From the NCBI GenBank assembly GCA_025201805.1, contig MU619405.1:1-55589 (forward strand): a stretch of DNA of 55,589 bases. Reading direction: 5' to 3'. The DNA comes from Parasitella parasitica NRRL 2501 (Eukaryota; Fungi; Mucoromycota). The notes under the pieces were generated by a model that saw only the letters and a list, made by a program, of their open reading frames with translations, was not told the origin of the DNA and did not search any database. Below, piece by piece: positions 53,144 to 55,589 of the stretch (position 1 is the first letter of the stretch; each line of letters starts with the position of its first letter). A program made the position numbers and the translations under genes.

Positions 53144-53289
53144 GAGCATCTCCAACAGAGATGCTAATTTTACAAAATTTCCAAAAGAAAATTGGTGAGA
53201 GGATGATACTTTCCTGTAATGGTGTATAGGATAAACCGAATACCCATGGCATATCAAAGAGTAATATCAATGACACACAATGCTTGCAA
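53144..53289 (-). ncRNA. Putative Fanzor omegaRNA scaffold and element right end
   Basis: Lies immediately 3' of the Fanzor stop. Predicted stems are tgatatt/agtatca enclosing atgcc-atg-ggtat and tcct..agga, then aattttc-tttt-ggaaatt and a terminal agcatctc-tgttg-gagatgct hairpin. The call rests on position and base-pairing only. Confidence 0.45.
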
Positions 53290-54939
53290 TTATTCTTTTG
53301 ATTCAGAACGCTGGAATGGTGAAAGACGAGCGTCATTGTTTCTTGCTGCATGTAAAAATATGTTGAGGATGTTGTTTGCAGCCATTATATCGCGATTCCA
53401 AATAATATTACAAGCGGTTTCTTGACACTGTTATACAGAATGTACTCTTCGCTTTGCTGGTCGTTGCACAACGTTTTCAACATCTCTTTTTTTGCAGTTG
53501 TTGCAGACTTGACTGGTGAGGTATTCGTCTACCATTTGGACTGTAACACCGCGATTTTCTTTACATTTTTGAAGAGCTTTTATGATAGTCTTTGTAGGTC
53601 CAGATCTTTTGCCTCTCATGGTAAGTGAGAATCTTCCATCTCCATAGGCAATGATGGTTTTATTTGCCTTAACTGATCCATCAAGTGGTGGAGGGCGGGA
53701 GTAAGAATAGTTGTTTCTCGTTGTTGTCTTCACATTGGTGGACGCACCCGTACGATATTTGATGCTATCATGAGTAAACATTTTGACTATTTCGCTGAAG
53801 GCTTTTTGCTTGTTTCTATAACATCTAAACTTTGATTTTGAAGACCTATTCCATTTGGTTAACACATTTTTAAAATATGTACAAGAGTTTGCTACACTTA
53901 CCAAAGGCCTCTGTTGTAAAATTCATACATTGTATCGTAGGATTGTATACGCTTTCTGCAAGCAATCAAGAATTTTGAAACTTCTCCGGTTTTTAATGAA
54001 TCCAGTTCTGTTGTCATTCTATGAGTGTTTGTGTGCTTCGCTTGATGAATCTTTCGAATGTGAGCTGCATCATTAAACCCACACAAGTGATAATACTCCT
54101 TTTGACCAAGTGATCTCACTCTACCAGCTTGGTCAACTATAGTAAAAACCGTGCTAATTTCAGGGTCTACCGCCCACACTTGGCACCCATTGTCAATATC
54201 TGTTTTCAGGTCAGATGGCTTTACGGGAAGAGAGTCTTTCTTCTTTTTTGCTGTAATTCTTGAGAAGAGAAAAGAAACTGAATAACCATCCGTGTAGATA
54301 AATTCCTAATATAGCTTGATAAGTTCTAAGGCATTACTAAATTAAAACTATATGAACTTACTTAAAGATCTTCTTTCCATTGTAAAGCTTATCTTTGGTT
54401 TTAAATCCAATTTTAGAAAAATCAAAAAGTTTATTATAAAACGCAGATAGTTGCTCTTCATTTTTAGTTCCTGTAGTATAACCATCAACAGTTGAAACTC
54501 TGACCAGTCTCCAGAAAGCTTGTGCGTCAATCTGAATTGATTTTCTTTGCGTTGAATACAATGGTAACAGAGAGAAAAAGCGATACCCACGTTTATCGGT
54601 GTATTTTGTGGGGCAAAACGTTTTATCCTTTATCCTTGATTTCACAGTGCTTACGAAAGTTGACACCATTGGTTTGTGTTCTTAAATACTTTGAAGCCTA
54701 TTTCCAAAAATGAGAGGCTCGTTACTGTTAATCGAACTCAAAACCGCTTCTTTCAATGATTCAAATTTTCGTCTATTCAACGATGCCGCAAACTGTAGCT
54801 CCTTTAAATTTTGATGAACGTATGCTTTGGAAGCAACGGTTTCGGCAATTTCCTCAGTTATATGTACTTTTTTTTTTAACTTCTTTCTGCAGGAAATGAA
54901 GCCATTTGAAAAATATATGTAAATGTATAATTTTTCCAC
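53290..54939 (-). mobile_element. Fanzor1 (TnpB-derived RNA-guided RuvC endonuclease) gene, intron-containing, disrupted
   Basis: RFFSLLP..IQID, FDFSKIG, IYTDGYSVSFLF, RuvC-I VWAVDP (D 54165-67), EYYHLCG, IIAYGDGRF, RuvC-II VDEYLTSQVCNNC (E 53524-26), zinc finger CQETAC, RuvC-III WNRDIMAANNI (D 53389-91). Introns at 54361-54306 and 53901-53846. Stops at 54682 and 53431 and a frameshift at about 54300. Confidence 0.9.
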
Positions 54940-55589
54940 TTCACCTTATTATTCTTTTGGGAATGTTTATAAATAATGGTTTATTAATATTTGAATTACA
55001 CATACTATACGCCAACATTAAAGCTCTCATATCGAGCCTGTAAAGCTTTTACTGCCAGTAAAGCTTTTACTGCCAGCTCAGACATTATCTGCCTTATTTG
55101 TACTTTATTTGATATATCAAAAGCATCTAATCCAACTTTTGCTGCATATGTAACGAGACATATAAGATTATTGACCGTAAAAGTGGAAGTGATTGGCAAA
55201 TCAGGGGAGCGACGGTGCCTCGAGCTTAAGCGAGATTGATAATAAAAGTTAATCGTACACTTCCTTATACATTTTAAATTTTTGAATGGACAAAATAAAA
55301 TCTTGAAAACAACTTTCAGTTGAAAGAATAAAACTGTGAAATTAAATATTTTAATTATCAAAAATAGATGAATAGATTGAAATGCCTATGTTGTTCATAG
55401 CCCACCAAAAATACGCCAAGCCTGTTGTGTCCATAGTGTTGAAATAAAATAAAAAAAAGATAAAGACAGATGTTAAGACAATAAGAAAATAAACTTTTAA
55501 ATACTTAATTTAAGATCTGCTATTTATACTTTTTACAACTGTTGTATCCATAGAATACCATGGTTACCACTATTTCAACTCAGTTGTCA

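Overview
AT-rich, intron-rich eukaryotic genomic DNA with short GT-AG introns. Gene content and repeat families point to a fungus of the order Mucorales (inference). Housekeeping genes in order: PTPA/RRD2, URB2, tricalbin, Rab11/Ypt3, RPL3, a PL14 polysaccharide lyase, tRNA-Ala(CGC), a 787-aa orphan, a SNAPc4-like Myb protein, BUD22, ECT1, two divergent secreted cell-surface proteins, PDI, a CorA/ALR Mg transporter, a Gfo/Idh/MocA oxidoreductase, a BTG/Tob protein and an enoyl-CoA hydratase. The intergenic DNA holds decayed mobile and conflict-system elements. The most notable are Fanzor (eukaryotic TnpB-derived, RNA-guided RuvC nuclease) loci. (1) An intron-containing, disrupted Fanzor on the minus strand at about 53290-54939 keeps all three RuvC acidic residues. 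It is followed by a structured omegaRNA-like region and a PIF/Harbinger-like terminus at 53144. (2) A Fanzor relic of a different subfamily at about 19281-20002 ends in a compact three-way-junction fold. (3) A possible third Fanzor 3' end lies just upstream of the oxidoreductase. Also present: a Tc1/mariner fragment, two palindromic elements and a PD-(D/E)xK-like effector pseudogene. All calls come from reading the sequence by eye; no searches were run.
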